Of a stretch of 64,000 nucleotides of DNA, positions 42,788-55,921 are shown piece after piece. How positions within the stretch are numbered: the stretch's first letter is position 1; each line of letters starts with the position of its first letter. Origin of the DNA: Ostrea edulis (Eukaryota). The DNA is taken from the NCBI RefSeq assembly GCF_947568905.1, contig NC_079165.1, positions 61,318,001 to 61,382,000 on the forward strand, in the 5' to 3' direction. Under the pieces are notes generated by a model that saw nothing but the letters and a program-made list of their open reading frames with translations, ran no database searches and had not been told where the DNA came from. Both the position numbers and the translations under genes were made by a program.

Positions 42788-43720
42788 CTACAGTCGATGA
42801 CGTACTTTCACCACCATATTTGACGAGTTTCGGGGCTGAGAGAGAAACAAATGGTATACGATTTTATGATTTTACTGTCAGTACAAATATAACGAGAACG
42901 TTTTTGTGACGTTTTGTTTTACGTAGCAACTTTTATAGCAAAACTCTACTTCAGAGGCTTTTCTTGCATTAATAAAAGTATCCTTGAAGTACGCTGAAAG
43001 TAACAGTTATCGATTCGTTTGTCTTTGTACCGTCATGGATTGTGATTTATCCATTGTAGTCCACTCATTAGCGTCCAATACATGTAGGACTCTAAAGCTT
43101 ATATTCAATTAGTACAGCGTGAATCTAGAGGGTCAATCCAAATTATTCTTCACTAAGATCAATTAATTGGTGTATCTTTATAATCTATGGTGATCTTTAT
43201 GATGTTGGCCTTCGTCCTATGACAAAAAATCGCTATCTAGTGAGATTGATTGATTTTATATTGTTTAACGTCCCACTCGAGAATGTTTCATTTCATATGG
43301 AGATCGACGTCACCATTGCCAGTGAAGGGCTGCAAAATTTAGCCCTATGCTTGGCGCTTACGGCCTTTAAGCAGGGAGGGGTCTTTATCGTGCCATACCT
43401 GCTGTGACACGGGACCTCGGTTTTTGCGATCTCAATCCGAAGGACCGCCCCATTTAGTCGCCTCGTACGACAGTATCTAGTGACAAAGCAATTCCTATCA
43501 TATACCTGTACTGTTTTCTTTTTAAGATTCGGAATCGGAAGCAGAAGACAGTGTATGCTTACAACCAAAAAAGCCAGGACCATGTAAAGCAAGAATGAAG
43601 AGATTCTACTTCAATCCCGCTAACAAAGGCTGTGAAGAATTTTTCTATGGAGGGTGTCAGAAAAACGACAACAATTTCAAGAGTCTTGAGGAGTGCAGAA
43701 ATAAATGTATTGGCAACTGA
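42788..43720 (+). CDS. Linker exon plus intact Kunitz/BPTI terminal exon (copy 1)
   Basis: Exons 42788-42853 and 43527-43720, both entered in phase 1. CLQPKKPGPCKARMKRFYFNPANKGCEEFFYGGCQKNDNNFKSLEECRNKC, six Cys. Confidence 0.8.
43244..43472 (-). mobile_element. SINE copy
   Basis: Reverse complement of 227-464. Confidence 0.8.
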
Positions 43721-44649
43721 GGATGCTGATCTGGATCATAAAGATATTGTCTCCCTCTCACATTTTTGTTTATAATTTCGACATTTTTTGGAAACTCCGA
43801 AATGGGCGTAATTCTGAAATAAGAAAATTTTGTCTTCATAACACTGAGAGGTATATGACTGACAATTTAATGAAGATTATTAAATGCAGTATGAGTTCAC
43901 ATTGAAGAGTTTTAGAAGAAAGATGAAATATATCGTGGGCACAAATTGATTTACCGAAAATTGAAAAATAAATAGCAGACATAAATTTGCAAAATCATAT
44001 TACATATTTTCCTATAGACACAAATTAGGTACCTTTCACGTACAAAAAACAACAACAATACATTGGCATATAATTATTGATATGTTTGGTTCCATGAGGA
44101 CTTTTCATAAAAAATCTAGTTTAAAAGTTTCTTTCAATGCATTTAGTATTCCTAGAATTATGTTTACTGGATTTCCTTAGAAATCGACATATATTTGTGA
44201 TTGTGCAAAAATTCATGCGCTTGCAAGTTATTTAGTCACCCCTATTTCACCAATCGTAGAAGTGTTCATCCAAGTGCACAACAGACACAATTCTAGGCTT
44301 TCCGCGATCTTCTGTTTGCACCCGAGTAGCAAACAATATATAAGGTGTGTGTTTAATAGCTGGATTCCACCATGTGGACTTTGTTTTTTCTTAGTTGATA
44401 TTGTTAAAATTATTGTTATTTGAATTATGAAATAAATATCGAGATACAGAAAGGGTGTTGTGTTCAGCAAATTTATCTCCGTACAGCAGAGTTTTGGATA
44501 GAATGTAATCATTCTTGTTCATTTCTTTTGTTGCACCTGCATAAAAATCTTTGTTGCTATTGGATATAAAATCTTAAAAGTCAATGTACAGATAGGTAAA
44601 ATTTTGAAAATTCGAACGTTGTAAGGATTCTGCATCTAATATTTCTCAA

Positions 44650-45100
44650 CTGTTAGGAATGGTATTTTACAGAAATGTTTAGCTTTTTAGGGGAACGTGT
44701 TCCAGTGATCACGAAGATGTCACTCTCACTCATTTCAAATCATTGCTCTCCTTTGTCATCAATATCTTCTCCATGTTCAATTGACCCGTTACAATGTTAT
44801 ACCCGATGCTATTCTGACTTTTGCATTAAAGTATCCCATTACAATTAAGATGGCATGCTGTGATTGTCTTGTAGATTTTCTAAAAATCTCTTTTTGTCTC
44901 CGTGGGATCAAGTTTATTTTGAAGATGGTTATATATATTTGTAAAATATAACACATAGACCTCTCTCAGACAGGCAATTCATTTATATCAGGGACTTTTT
45001 AGTTTTTAAGTTTTCATCTATACCAATGTATATAATCTCACTGGATGGAACCATTCTTTTCATTAGTCAAATACATGTGCTTACTTTGCAGCTTTCCGGA
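44650..45100 (-). mobile_element. Decayed RTE-type LINE endonuclease remnant
   Basis: Minus-strand ILIVMGYFNAKV..HG..KGEQ..VITGTRSP resembles the APE motif IVMGDFNAKVG..LVITGT.FPH. Confidence 0.45.
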
Positions 45101-46179
45101 GCTGTTTTTGTACTAAAAAGCTTATTCAACTTGAACAACACAAAGCTTATCTTTCCATTTATTGATCTACTTGGATTATTTCGCCCATGATTAATACAGT
45201 TCTTGTATAGAAATACAAGTACTGTCATTTAGAGTGCACAGTGACGTCAGCCGATGGACGACATTCAGTTGACGTTTATCGACAATCATCATGATCAATG
45301 TCGTCTGCATTTGTGTAGCAATTTCAATGTCCATATATTGGTATTCAGTCTCAAAGATACTTGCAAGGATGCAAGTTTGAATAAAGATATGGATATTTTT
45401 GGGCTGGTTTAAACTATATAGTCTAGCCGAGTTAAATTTGATAATACTGATCTACTCCACAATGCGTTTACACTGGTACAAATTTCAAAACCACATACAT
45501 GTACACGTTAATCAACCCGAATACAGTTTAGTGTGCACGTGAAATGGAATGGATACCACCTATCACTATAAAACTTTAACGTAACGTTTCCAGATGTGAT
45601 TAGAAACTATGGACAGGAAGTATGCACCATTGAAATATTGATATATTTTTTGGCATTTAATTCTTTTTAGCATGTTGTGAGGTGGATCAATTTAATCCAC
45701 TTAATCCAGGCTAAGTTGTTCAAGCTAAATTCATTAAGTGTGAACTAATCCCAAGTAATTGGATAGCACATTTGGAATAGGTCAGGTGAGAGAATACCCT
45801 GTTTTGCAGGATCCCACGTCACTAGCATGTATCCTATACGGAGGTACGATCTTATTCTTTATACTGCATGTCCCCTTTCTGGAGTGATAAGAACGGTGTC
45901 AGCCTCTTTTTATATAGTGTATTACCGGTATGTACTGGTTCATTCGTGCACGAGGGCATTTTACTACACATGTATTGGTGTTTACAGATCTAGACCGTTT
46001 CTTGGATTTGGTCAGTTGCTGGTAAATCGCTGTTCAGTCAATTAACAAATATTTTATACACTTATTCAAAATGCTGTCAGAAATGAATGGTTTTTAAATG
46101 AGCATGTTGAAAAAAAAAATAACCATTCTACATATACTCTACGTTCTTATTTTGTAAATTAATCTCATCTTATTACACT

Positions 46180-46538
46180 TGTGACGGTCAAACATGGTTC
46201 GATCACCGGTGGGCAGAAAGCTCAGTTGGTAGAGCACCTGACTAGAGATTCAGGGTGCCCGGGTTCGAATCTTGGTCTGGTTCGTTGCATTTTCTCCCTT
46301 CCTGTTACATCTGTTGCCGTAAATAAAGTAGAATAGCTTCTGGGACTGACAGATGAAAATGCCTGCCAGGGGATAAAGATCCTGGGTTGAAATCTTCAAT
46401 AGGTGAAGAGTTTAAAGGGAGGAATGTGACGGTCAGACGGGTTCGATCGCTCAGTCGATAGATCACCCAAATAGAGATTCAGGGATCCAGGGTTCGAATC
46501 CTGGTCTGCTCCGTTGCATTTTCTCACTTCCTTTTACA
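46180..46538 (+). mobile_element. TRIM (miniature LTR retroelement) with tRNA-like LTRs, Helenus-type
   Basis: LTR1 46180-46309 and LTR2 46425-46538 (TG..CA); PBS-like tctgttgccgt; PPT aaagggaggaa; A and B boxes in the LTRs; 4-bp TSD cact on both sides. Confidence 0.85.
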
Positions 46539-47400
46539 CACTGTTAAAATTTGAATTATCATAACATATAAACATCGTCACTTGATTTCCTTTCGTTTTC
46601 AGTATTAGATTTTACATTAGATAAAATTAAAATGAAATACATTGTACATTTTTGTAAATGAAACAAAAGTACTCAGTTAACTTTACATATACCTAATCAG
46701 TTATTACTCTTCTTTTAGCATTTTGAAATCAAGTGCTAGATGAACTTATAGCTATTCAGATATCAATGGTAAGTTAAAATGTAAACATTTTAATCGCATG
46801 GGCGTGTTTTAATTTCCCGTGTTGGTGTTATCAGTACACTCTGCACCGATGGGTTTATATCAAAGTCAATGAGCTCTCGATTTGGTAAACCTCTTAAACG
46901 ACATTTACGTACAAGGCCTCATTAAAGAAATTGATTCAATGAATTGCAAATAGCAATGGTTCAAAACCCGAGACAGTCAATTAGAAATATTAACTACTTC
47001 CTGTGGAACAAGTGAGTCTAACATTTATTTAAGATTGTTAAAAAAAATCTCTCGTGTTTCATAATTGGCCTTGCGAAGTGTCTTAGGGAGGAAAATCATA
47101 TCATGAAAGGTGGTGTAATTCTTTGAAATTTTATTCTTATTTCTGAACATCAAGATGGATACCGATGTGGCTTTTAAATCAATGTTAAATCCATATCTGG
47201 ATTAATTTTCATCCATAATTCAAATTTTGCACACATTGATATCATCTACCTCTTAGAATTGACCACCTGGTTTCTAAGGCTCAAATGTTCATTCACCGCC
47301 AACAGAACGTGGCGGATGACGACCGACGGGCTCATATTGTAATTAGTCACTCATGCACTAAATATTCTACTTACTGATTATGGTAATGACTTATATGCAG

Positions 47401-48293
47401 ACACACAATGTGGGGATCTACCCGTCGTGCATTGCGGTCACTACACAGGCACGAGTCACGCGATGGGCCAAACTTGGAAGCTACAATGTGATCCCGGATG
47501 TCGATTAGTTGGATCAGGAGATATTACTTGTTTGGCAGTTCCGGATCCATTTCACCATGTGGCAATATGGGATCATATGCAAGGGATGTCCAAATGCGAA
47601 AAATGTAAATATCTCTCTATTATATGTATCTTATGAATACCTTCTGAAATCTTAAGATCGGGTTAGATTAGAGTTACGTACAGTAAAAATCAAACTTCAG
47701 CTTGTTGTGGCGTCCCACCTGCGCCTGCGCATGGATATACTGTAGGAAAAAACTATGACGTGTATCAAAACGTAACCATTAAATGCGATCCTGGCTACCA
47801 TCTAAACGGAAGTGATACTCTCCAATGCTTACCTGTAGCCAACCCTAAGGTTTGCGGTGTTTGGGTGTATATTCCTGAATGGACGGATACTAAATGCCTA
47901 CCTCGTGCGTGATAGAAGTTACTTTTTTTAAAAGGAAAGTAAAGAGCAATTTAAAAACTTTTAAGCATTGTTTTCCAATTTCCTACATATTTGATTATTT
48001 CTTTCAAATCAAAAAGCATCCCAATAACCTCGAACTACTGCAGGTGTATTTCAAGTCGCTCGTTATGTACTATGCAACTACTAGCACATTTTAAAAAAAA
48101 ACAACAACAAAGCATTGCTGTATATAGTATTTAGATTACCCATCACTAAAATTTTGTTTGCTAGAAAATATAACTTCAATATCTAGAAAAACAATTTAAT
48201 ATCACCATATTTATATTATCTTTTCAGTTACTGTCGACTCAAAACGTTCACCATCACATTTGATGAGCTCTGAGGTTGAAAGGAAAACAACAG
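47401..48293 (+). CDS. Sushi-A, sushi-B and linker exons (cassette copy 2); no Kunitz exon found
   Basis: Exons 47401-47604, 47701-47904, 48228-48293 (204/204/66 nt, all phase 1-1, open). CGDLP..CDPGC..ITC..W..C and CCGVPPAPAHG..CDPGYHLNGS..C..W..C. Confidence 0.85.
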
Positions 48294-49925
48294 GTAGCCG
48301 ATATTTTCGTAGAAAAATAACAAAGCAGTTACATTAACTGAATCTTTAATTGAACAGAACAGAGATGATCAGAAGGGTTGATAGTATCACTTACTATGGC
48401 AAGTTCGTGAACAGTATGCCGGTGTGAGGCGTTGCGGTTCATATCATCATGCATTTTCAAAACTGAAATTTATTTTCTACATCTACATTCTACTTTCATT
48501 TCTGTCAGAGTTCCCAGCCAATCAAACAAGCGCACTATATTTATCAAGATTCATACGCGTATTGTTGACAACTGCAGTGCATTCAATAGGATATGGTTAT
48601 CATTACAATTTGTAAACATATCTAAGACAAACACACTGGAAATGTAAATGTTTGAGTGATATCTATCTATCTATCATTTAAGTGATATCACTTATTCGAC
48701 TCATTGAAAGAGGAACATGAAATATCACCTACTCGCGTCGTTGACGTGATACATGTTTCGCAAATCTGCGTCATTACTTAATCGTTTAATTGGTTGTATA
48801 ACTAAACTGAAATACCAAAACGGTGCCTCATATTGACGACAGTGAATCTATTACAAATTTTACAAGTTTGATACTTTCTGTCGTTCTCCTATTTAACATA
48901 AGTTTGGTGTAACCCAGGTGGCAATCGACCACGTCATGCATTCAGATTGCAGAAAATCCTTCTGGATATATCTGAACTAGATAATCACTTTAAACTGTAT
49001 GTAATTCCTTCAGTACTTTAGCATTTTCCGTAAGATTTCAGTAAAATTTTAAGATTTTAAAGGAACTTTAACTTGCTTGTTACGGTCATAAGAAGGGGTT
49101 GACTGGGGCGATTCGAGTGACCCACAAAGACAGAGGTCGCGTGCTTGTGCAGAATGCTGAGCATAGATAATTTTGCAATTCTTCATCAGTGACGTTATCG
49201 TTTTAAGAAATATTCCTTATTCCTAATAAAAAGAAGAAAAACAGAGATTTGTCTTAAAAACTCTGTACATGAAACTGTTGATGACGAAATTAATCCAACA
49301 AGTCAAGTAAGTATTACTTGCACGACTTGTTTGAATAAATATTGTCATCAGTTGCGTTATATACATCTGTATGGCGCATATAAATATTAGGTATGAGCTT
49401 CAAAATGATAACATGATTACAAAATTTCCCCATCCCTTTACTAAATATGAAATCTGATCGTTATACATTGAATACCTAAAGTATGAGCTTGTTATTCTCA
49501 CCGTGGGATGTCGCAGCCTATCAATATTGTATGATTCATTCATTCATTGTATATTGTTTAACGTCCCACTGGAGATTTTTTTATTTATATGGAGACGTCA
49601 CCGGCAATTTGAATTTCATAGTCATAACGAAAAGAGGTAGAGAATAATTATTGACTATACTCGATCTACGCTTGGATAATTTACAAGGATGGTACTAGTA
49701 ACAATGAAAGTTTGTGTTATATTCTCGACAAAATGGCATGGAGAGTGGCTTTTAAATTACATTAACAGGAAACACGCAGGAGAAAAGCATTTAATTAAAT
49801 GGTGTCATCAATTTTAGAGTGAAAGTGTCCATGTGCTTCCTGTGTACTGATAAAATGCTCCCTATTGCAAATATTTGTCTCCCTTAATTCAAAATGAACT
49901 CATTGAAATTTATTGAAATCAATAA

Positions 49926-51182
49926 GAAACAAGAGATGTTTGTAAACCATGTATGCCCCCCATGGTGCAAAATTGAAAAGGGTTATACACATGCATTATT
50001 AATTGATAGTAGTATCACCAATTCGAAATATTGAGCAGACAATATCTTCCAATGTCAGGGGTGGATTGACCATGTGACCGAAAAATCAATATGGGTCATC
50101 TACTCCTTATGCTGTACCAGTGTACCAAAATTGGTGTCAATCAAGCAAATAATTCTTAGAATATAGGAGACAATATATTACTTTGTCCAGTTTAACCATT
50201 GACCTTTGACCATGTGACCTCAAAATCAATAAAGGTCATCTTCTCTTGAAGATGTACCAGTGTACCAAATTAGATGTCTGTCAAGCAAAGGTTCTCAAAT
50301 GTCCAGTTTGACCCTTGACCTTTTACCATGTGATCTCAAAATCAATAGGGGTCATCTTCTCCTGAAGATGTACCAGTGTACCAAGTTTGATGTCTGTCAA
50401 GCAAAGTGTTCTCAAGATATTGTGCGGACAGTATATTCCCATGTCCAGTTTGACCCTTGACCTTTAATCATGTAACCTCGAAATCAATAGGGGCCATCTT
50501 CTCCTGAAGATGTACCAGTGTATCAAGTTTGATGTCTGTCAAGAAAATGGTTCTCAAGATATTGAGCGGATAGCATATTCTTTTGTCCAGTACCTTTGAC
50601 TATGTGACCTCAAAATCAATAGAGGTTATTTTCTCCTGAAGATGTACCAGTATACCAAGTTTGATGTCCATCAAGCAAAGGGTTCTCAAGATATTGAGCG
50701 GACAGTATATTCCTATGTTCAGTTTGACCCTTGACCTTTGAACATGTGACCTCAAAATCAATAGGGGTAATCTTCTCCTATAGATGTACCAGTGTACTAA
50801 TTTTGATGTCTGTCAGGCAAAAGGTTCTCTAGACATTGAGTGGTCAGTCTATTCCTATGTCCAGTTTTACCTTTGACCATGTAACCTCAAAATCGACAGG
50901 GGTCATCTACTGTTTGGGATGTACCAGTGTACCAAGTTTGATGTCTGTCAAGCAAAGGGTTCTCAAGATATTAAACGGACAGTGTCTTCCTATATCCGGA
51001 GTAGATTGACCCTTGACCTTTAAACCTGAAAAACAATAGGGATCCTCTTCTACTCATAACCAACTCACATATGAAATATCATTACGATGAAGTGAATGGT
51101 TTTCAAGATATTGAGCAGACAACATGTGGCCTACCGACCGATCGACCGACAGGTGCAGACCCTCTTATTTAAAGGGGGATAA
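49926..51182 (-). mobile_element. HINE-type element with about 7.5 tandem units of 116-142 bp
   Basis: gatgtaccagtgtacca motif at about 50111, 50251, 50367, 50509, 50641, 50783, 50918; gaccgatcgaccgac microrepeat and ccctctt..aaggggg hairpin end. Confidence 0.75.
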
Positions 51183-51239
51183 CAAGATTGCTAGAGGTTA
51201 ATAAAGCTGATTGTTCAGTGCAGGAAAGTGCACCAATTC

Positions 51240-51655
51240 TGTCACTGTAAAGCAGCTGTCCATGTGTCATCGTATGTGAACAATTTAATAACTTGGGAGT
51301 GAGTAACTTTTTAAAGAATTGTTTGTGGGTTTCTCAAAAATTAAAAGATCATATGGTGAAACTGTTGTAAACACGATTATCCAGGAGTTGACTGATTAAG
51401 GAACCGTGACGCAAAACATGAGAGATCAAGGATATGGCGATGCTGATGAATCTTCAGGTGTTCAGACCACAATAAGACAAGCTGTTCCTTTTGCAGAATA
51501 TGTTCATTGTGATGTACACTAACTTAACCTAGCTGTTCTGAGAGCATTTCGAATCCCTGAAAATTTTAGCATAATGAATGTTATTCAACAGATAACAATT
51601 TCATCTTTCCATTCTCCTAAGCATGACTTGGCTTTCGGAAAATTTCTGGAAAAGG
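51240..51655 (+). mobile_element. Decayed hAT (ZMYM1-like) transposase fragment
   Basis: QLSMC..ELFVGF..MRDQGY..GVQTTIRQAVPFAEYVHCDVH*LNL..SPKH, with stops. Confidence 0.6.
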
Positions 51656-51716
51656 TCAGATAAAAAAAACCCACCAAAATGCAGGACTGAAGAAAGATCA
51701 CGCTAATGTGTGTTTT

Positions 51717-52806
51717 CTATGGCAAGTCCTTTTACTATTTATTCGAAAAATGAAATATCTCTTTAGATTAAAGAGATATCTCTTATCTTAAGGAGATATA
51801 TCTTTAAAATGAGATATATATCTCAATCTTAAGAGATATTTCTCTAAAAAAGAGATATCTCTTTCACGTAGAGAGATATCTCGTTTACTTTTAGAGATAT
51901 ATCTTACACTTTGAGAGATATCTCTTTTACTTTGAGAGATATCTCCTTCACTTAAAGAGATATATCTCTAAGAATTCCTAGAGAGATATCTCTCAAAGTA
52001 TAAGAGAGATCTCTTTAATGTTGAAAAAGAGATATCTCTCAAGCAGAAAGAGATATCTTTTTCCAATATTTTTTATTAGTTTGAATACTCCCTTAACTGG
52101 AAACCGACCAAATCAAATCTTAGCATGATGGCTGTTATCCCGGGGGAAGATTTTGCGTTTACTGCATGTAAAGTGTATATAGGTAACAAAAAACAAAGAC
52201 AATAAATTGATAAAATTTGTGAGCAAAACTAGATTTAACCCCTCGGTAACTTGATAATGTTACCCCAACCACCTCTTCAACCTTTTTCGCCAGTTTTACA
52301 CTAGAAGTATTTTGATTGGTTAAAAAATAGGGTTACATCATATTAATGGCGATGCAATAGGGAGAAGTCATTATGATCACCAGGGGAAATTTAAGTTAAA
52401 GAGATATCTCTTATTGAAAATTTAAAGAGATATCTCTCTAACTTAAAGAGATATCTCTTTTTACATTGATAAAGAGATATCTCTTTACGCTAGAGAGATA
52501 TCTCTTTCTCTTTGAGAGATATCTATCTAGTTTTAAGAGATATCTCTCAAAGAGAAAGAGATATCTTTCTAGCGTAAAGAGATATCTCTTTTGTTTAAAG
52601 AGATATCTCTTTTGTTTAAAGAGATATCTCTTTTGGTTAAAGAGCTCTTCTGGTTAAAGAGATATCTCCCTAACGTAAAAAGATATCTCTTTAACTTTTA
52701 GAGATATATCTACAACCAATAGAGATATCTCTCTAGTGTAGAGATATCACTCTTATCTAAAGAGATATATTATTTTACGAATAAATAGTAAAATGGCTTG
52801 CCATAG
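51717..52806. mobile_element. Foldback-like element with long TIRs and agagatatctct arrays
   Basis: Ends ctatggcaagtccttttactatt.. / ..aatagtaaaatggcttgccatag; TTTT on both flanks; both arms filled with palindromic repeats around a unique core of about 300 bp. Confidence 0.85.
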
Positions 52807-53240
52807 TTTTCACATGGTTCAGCAGTGGTAACACTTTGAATCTATTCAAGTCTGCCTTCACTGTTATACTTGAAGCGCTAAATCATCTAGATGGCGACAA
52901 AGACAACAAAACAAGACCTCGGTCTCTTTCAACGCAGACTTTCGGATTTGTTGTTGATTTCGCAATGGAACATCTACTCTATACGTTGTCTATCAACAAT
53001 TCTACATAATCAGAGCATATCGTCAGAATCATACAGTTATTTCTAGTTTCAGGCAAATTTAAAAAAAAATGAAGAAGATTGAGATAAACTGTTTACCAAT
53101 ACTTTTATTAGTTGGTATCAAACCCAGTGTTCATAGAGGTGCTATTGAAATATAAAGGAATCGGGCGAATATTCCTGCTCAGACACTCTCGGAATACTGG
53201 TAGGGGGATTATTTTGCTCCCTGTATTTGATAAGTCTATG

Positions 53241-53363
53241 ATTCCTCCTAGGTACCTGATCCCACCTCTAGTATATCCAGGGGTCCGTATTTGCCCAACT
53301 CTCTGTTTTGTATTGCTTATAGGAGTTATGAGATTGATCACTGTTCGTTATCTTCACCTTTCA
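53241..53363 (+). mobile_element. Penelope-like 3' repeat copy
   Basis: Matches 7454-7635 and 61905-62068. Confidence 0.65.
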
Positions 53364-54302
53364 TGGAGGTACGATCTGAAATGATTTTTTATTACATCAA
53401 ATATTTATGAATCGTTCCCTTTCTGGAGAGAATAAAAGTGATGTCAATATCTTTTATACATTGCTGCATACTAATATTACATGTGTGTACCGGTTTATTC
53501 TTGTACGATAGCATGTATTAGTGTTTACAAACCGTTTCTTGGATGCTATTGTTATTGTAAATCAATATTCAGTCAATAAACAAACGTCTTTTTTATTTAT
53601 TGAAAATGCTATCAGAAATGAATGTTATAAACGATAACACCCCACCCACCCCAAAAAAAAACCACACGTTAGTTCGTTGAAAATTTAAAAAGGACAACAC
53701 TTCACGTTCATATCATGCAAGTTAAGTTGCACTAAATAAATTCGAAAATTCTTAGCACACACATTCAAGAACTTGTTGTCCTTTGATATTCAGTTTTATT
53801 AGTTTTACCATGAACAATATAACTACATTCGTATTTGATGTAAACAAAATAAAGTTAAAGAGCGTTTTATAATGAATTTTACAATGAAGCAAACACGCCC
53901 AACTCTTTACCATATGTACATGTATTACTCTTGTTTTAGAATTTGAAATTAAAATTTTTGTTTTAGATAATCTTATGATAAACGAAGCTAGCCATAGTAA
54001 GAGCTTACCTTTTTGTGTATCTATTTCAAGAGTTTATCACCGACATTCAAACGTCATAAGCTCTACGTAAAGTGTCACAAATGTATGGTACCCAGGGTGT
54101 TAGCAGTGAGGACTGACGCCTGTCGCGACTCTGTTTTTAAATCCGAAAGACCCGTGACCAGGGTGCCTATTGATAATACACAAGCTACCACTAGTACAAT
54201 GTGAAATCCATGACCTCTCTCTGGGTTATTTTTCATTTACAAACTAAGTTTTGTAGTGAATCATTTACTAAATATACATGTACCATTTACTGATTATTGC
54301 AG

Positions 54303-55883
54303 ACATACAATGTGGGGATCTACCCGTCGTGCATTGCGGTCACTACACAGGCACGAGTCACGCGATGGGCCAAACTTGGAAGCTACAATGTGATCCCGGA
54401 TGTTACTTAGTTGGATCAGGAGACATTACTTGTTTGGCAGTTCCGGATCCATTTCACCATGTGGCAATATGGGACCATACGCAAGGAGTTTCAAAATGCG
54501 AACAATGTAAATATATTTATACGGTTTCTGACGTTTTAAGATCAAGTTTACGAACCAATATCATACAGACTTACATAAAATCAAACTCGAACTTCCAGCT
54601 TGTTGTGGCGTCCCACCTGCGCCTGCGCATGGATACACAGTAGGAAAAAACTTTGACGTGTTTCAAAATGTAACCGTTAAATGCGATCCTGGCTATTATT
54701 TAAACGGAAGTGATATTCTCCAATGCTTACCTGTGCCCAACCCAAAGGCTTGCGGTGTTTGGGTGTACGTTACTCAATGGACGGACTCCAACTGCGTTCC
54801 TCGTACGTAGTACAAAAGCGATTTGAAAACTTTTAAGCCGTGTGGTTCGATTTATAGCATTCTATCAACCTTTAAATCCTGTAAATTAAAGTATTTGAGG
54901 CCGATCTAGAAAATGATCTAGAAAATGATAAAAATTCAGTATTCTGAAAATCAATTTCAGTATAATCATATACTTGTATTATTTATCTCTGTTCTCAGTT
55001 ACTGGTGACGCGAAACGTTCACAACCATATTTGATGGACACGGGTGTCGAACAGAAAAGCACAGGTAGACCATATTCCCGTAAGAAAATAACAAAACACT
55101 TACTTTAACTGAAACTTTTTAAATTGATCAGTACAAAGATTATCCGAAGGTTGTATATTGCAACTTGATATAGAAGTCATGTAAGATATATCAGTTAATC
55201 GTTTGAATATCACTTCCTCCTTGATGTGATATCGCTTAAACAAAGCTGTGATATCACTTAATCGTTTAAATGATAATAGCACTAAATGTAAATTATAAGT
55301 ATTCGAAACAGCACCTCATGAAAACGTTCAGCTATAAAATCAATGTACAAATTCAATGTTTCTGTTATTCTCCTGGTAACTAATGGTTGTTCTAAGTCAT
55401 TCAAATTCAGCCACAACCATACAGAAAATCTCTAGATGTACTGGAATTGGATATTCACCTTTAAAATATTCATATTTCCTTTAGTGTTTTTACATTTCTT
55501 TAAGGTGTTGAGCAAAGTTTGCAAGGAAAAATCCTGTAAACGTTTCCAGACAAACTCCTATAAGTAGAACTTGACAAAGTCCCGCAAGAAATTTACTTCT
55601 CAAGAGACCGATTGCGGTAGCCTAGTGGAATGAGATTACCAAACCCGCGGATGTGTAATCCGAACGCAGTTTATTCAAGAATGATCATAGGAATAAATGC
55701 CTAGGTGTTACGTGACTGGCTAATATCAAGAGTGAAATTGTTTGGAATTGGAAGAACTAGTATATAAGTTTAAATTAATTGTCGGGAGGAAAAATTATCG
55801 CATAAAAATCGAGAGAAAAATGATAGCGGAAATTACCATGGTGTTTAAAATGAAGGATGTAATTCATTGCAGATTCTTATGTG

Positions 55884-55921
<38 letters not shown>

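Noticed and set aside
52466-52657. KRYL-repeat ORF
   Set aside because: Translation of agagatatct palindromes in the foldback arm.
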